Shown: in pieces, positions 63,658 through 64,000 of the stretch
How the letters are laid out: every line of letters begins with the position of its first letter
How positions within the stretch are numbered: the stretch's first letter is position 1
Virus record (IMG/VR): IMGVR_UViG_3300020036_004254
Reading direction: 5' to 3' (one strand)
DNA: 64,000 nucleotides
DNA from: a virus
Lineage: Duplodnaviria; Caudoviricetes
Translations under genes and position numbers: made by a program
The notes under the pieces: generated by a model
Database searches by the model: none
Seen by the model: the letters and a program-made list of their open reading frames with translations, nothing else
Told to the model about the DNA's origin: nothing

Positions 63658-64000
63658 ATGTTAACTATCAACCGAAGTAAATACAAATCGGTAAACCTAG
63701 CCCACCTAGAACGCTATCTTGGTGCAGACAAAGTTGCACAGGTAAGTGCAAACATGAAAGGGTGGTATGGACCTCCGATTACGGTAGCGGGTGTTCCCGG
63801 GGCTGTGCAAGTGGGTCGGGACGGGGATTTTTGTGGAAAACTTAATGTTGGTGGAGAAGCGTCCAAGTGGGATTATGCTCATGACATTCTTCAGCGGTTG
63901 GAGAGAAAATTCCGTCGTGCTAGTTACCGAGAAATGAAGAATTTTCGCCTTTTGACAGGATTTTCTTCTATCGGTGACCTACTTTCCGAGGCGAGTACCG
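63658..64000 (+). CDS. hypothetical protein, truncated at window end
   Basis: open frame from ATG 63658 (GGAG RBS) to end: LERYLG...GWYGPPI.VAGVPG. Confidence 0.65.
   Translation, partial: MLTINRSKYKSVNLAHLERYLGADKVAQVSANMKGWYGPPITVAGVPGAVQVGRDGDFCGKLNVGGEASKWDYAHDILQRLERKFRRASYREMKNFRLLTGFSSIGDLLSEAST

Overview
This 64 kb window is part of a large T4-like (Tevenvirinae/cyanophage-type gene set) myovirus genome; all calls and counts are by eye, with no database searches. (1) 1-9.9 kb is a GC-richer early/accessory region of small, mostly monocistronic ORFs, each with its own sigma70-type promoter. The promoters fall into two classes, one carrying a conserved GGGWWWCCCYGAC box next to the -35. 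The region also holds tRNA-Lys(UUU), a tRNA-like/structured RNA locus, a DnaA-box cluster, three tandem sigma54 consensus sites and a strongly enriched CCCCNNGAGA motif. (2) 10-15.2 kb is a minus-strand operon of small hypothetical genes (ASCH, macro-like, PD-(D/E)xK-like). (3) 15.3-24 kb carries DsbA-like, GMP reductase, PhoH, homing/HNH endonucleases, a permuted two-piece tmRNA, SleB-like hydrolase, gp33, dCMP deaminase, gp59 and gp32. (4) 24-54 kb is the tail/baseplate module (tape-measure-like, gp51/gp26, gp54, gp2, gp4, gp48, gp53, hub, gp5 with a CHAP domain, gp25, gp6, gp7, gp8, DUF4815/VrlC-like). Six of its proteins carry long mucin-like ([12 protein letters not shown])n tracts. (5) 54.2-62.1 kb is a late-promoter operon of two GT60-like polypeptide GlcNAc transferases plus further glycosyltransferase and methyltransferase domains. 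The leading candidate for a novel system is a phage-encoded mucin-type O-glycosylation pathway acting on mucin-like stalked baseplate proteins.
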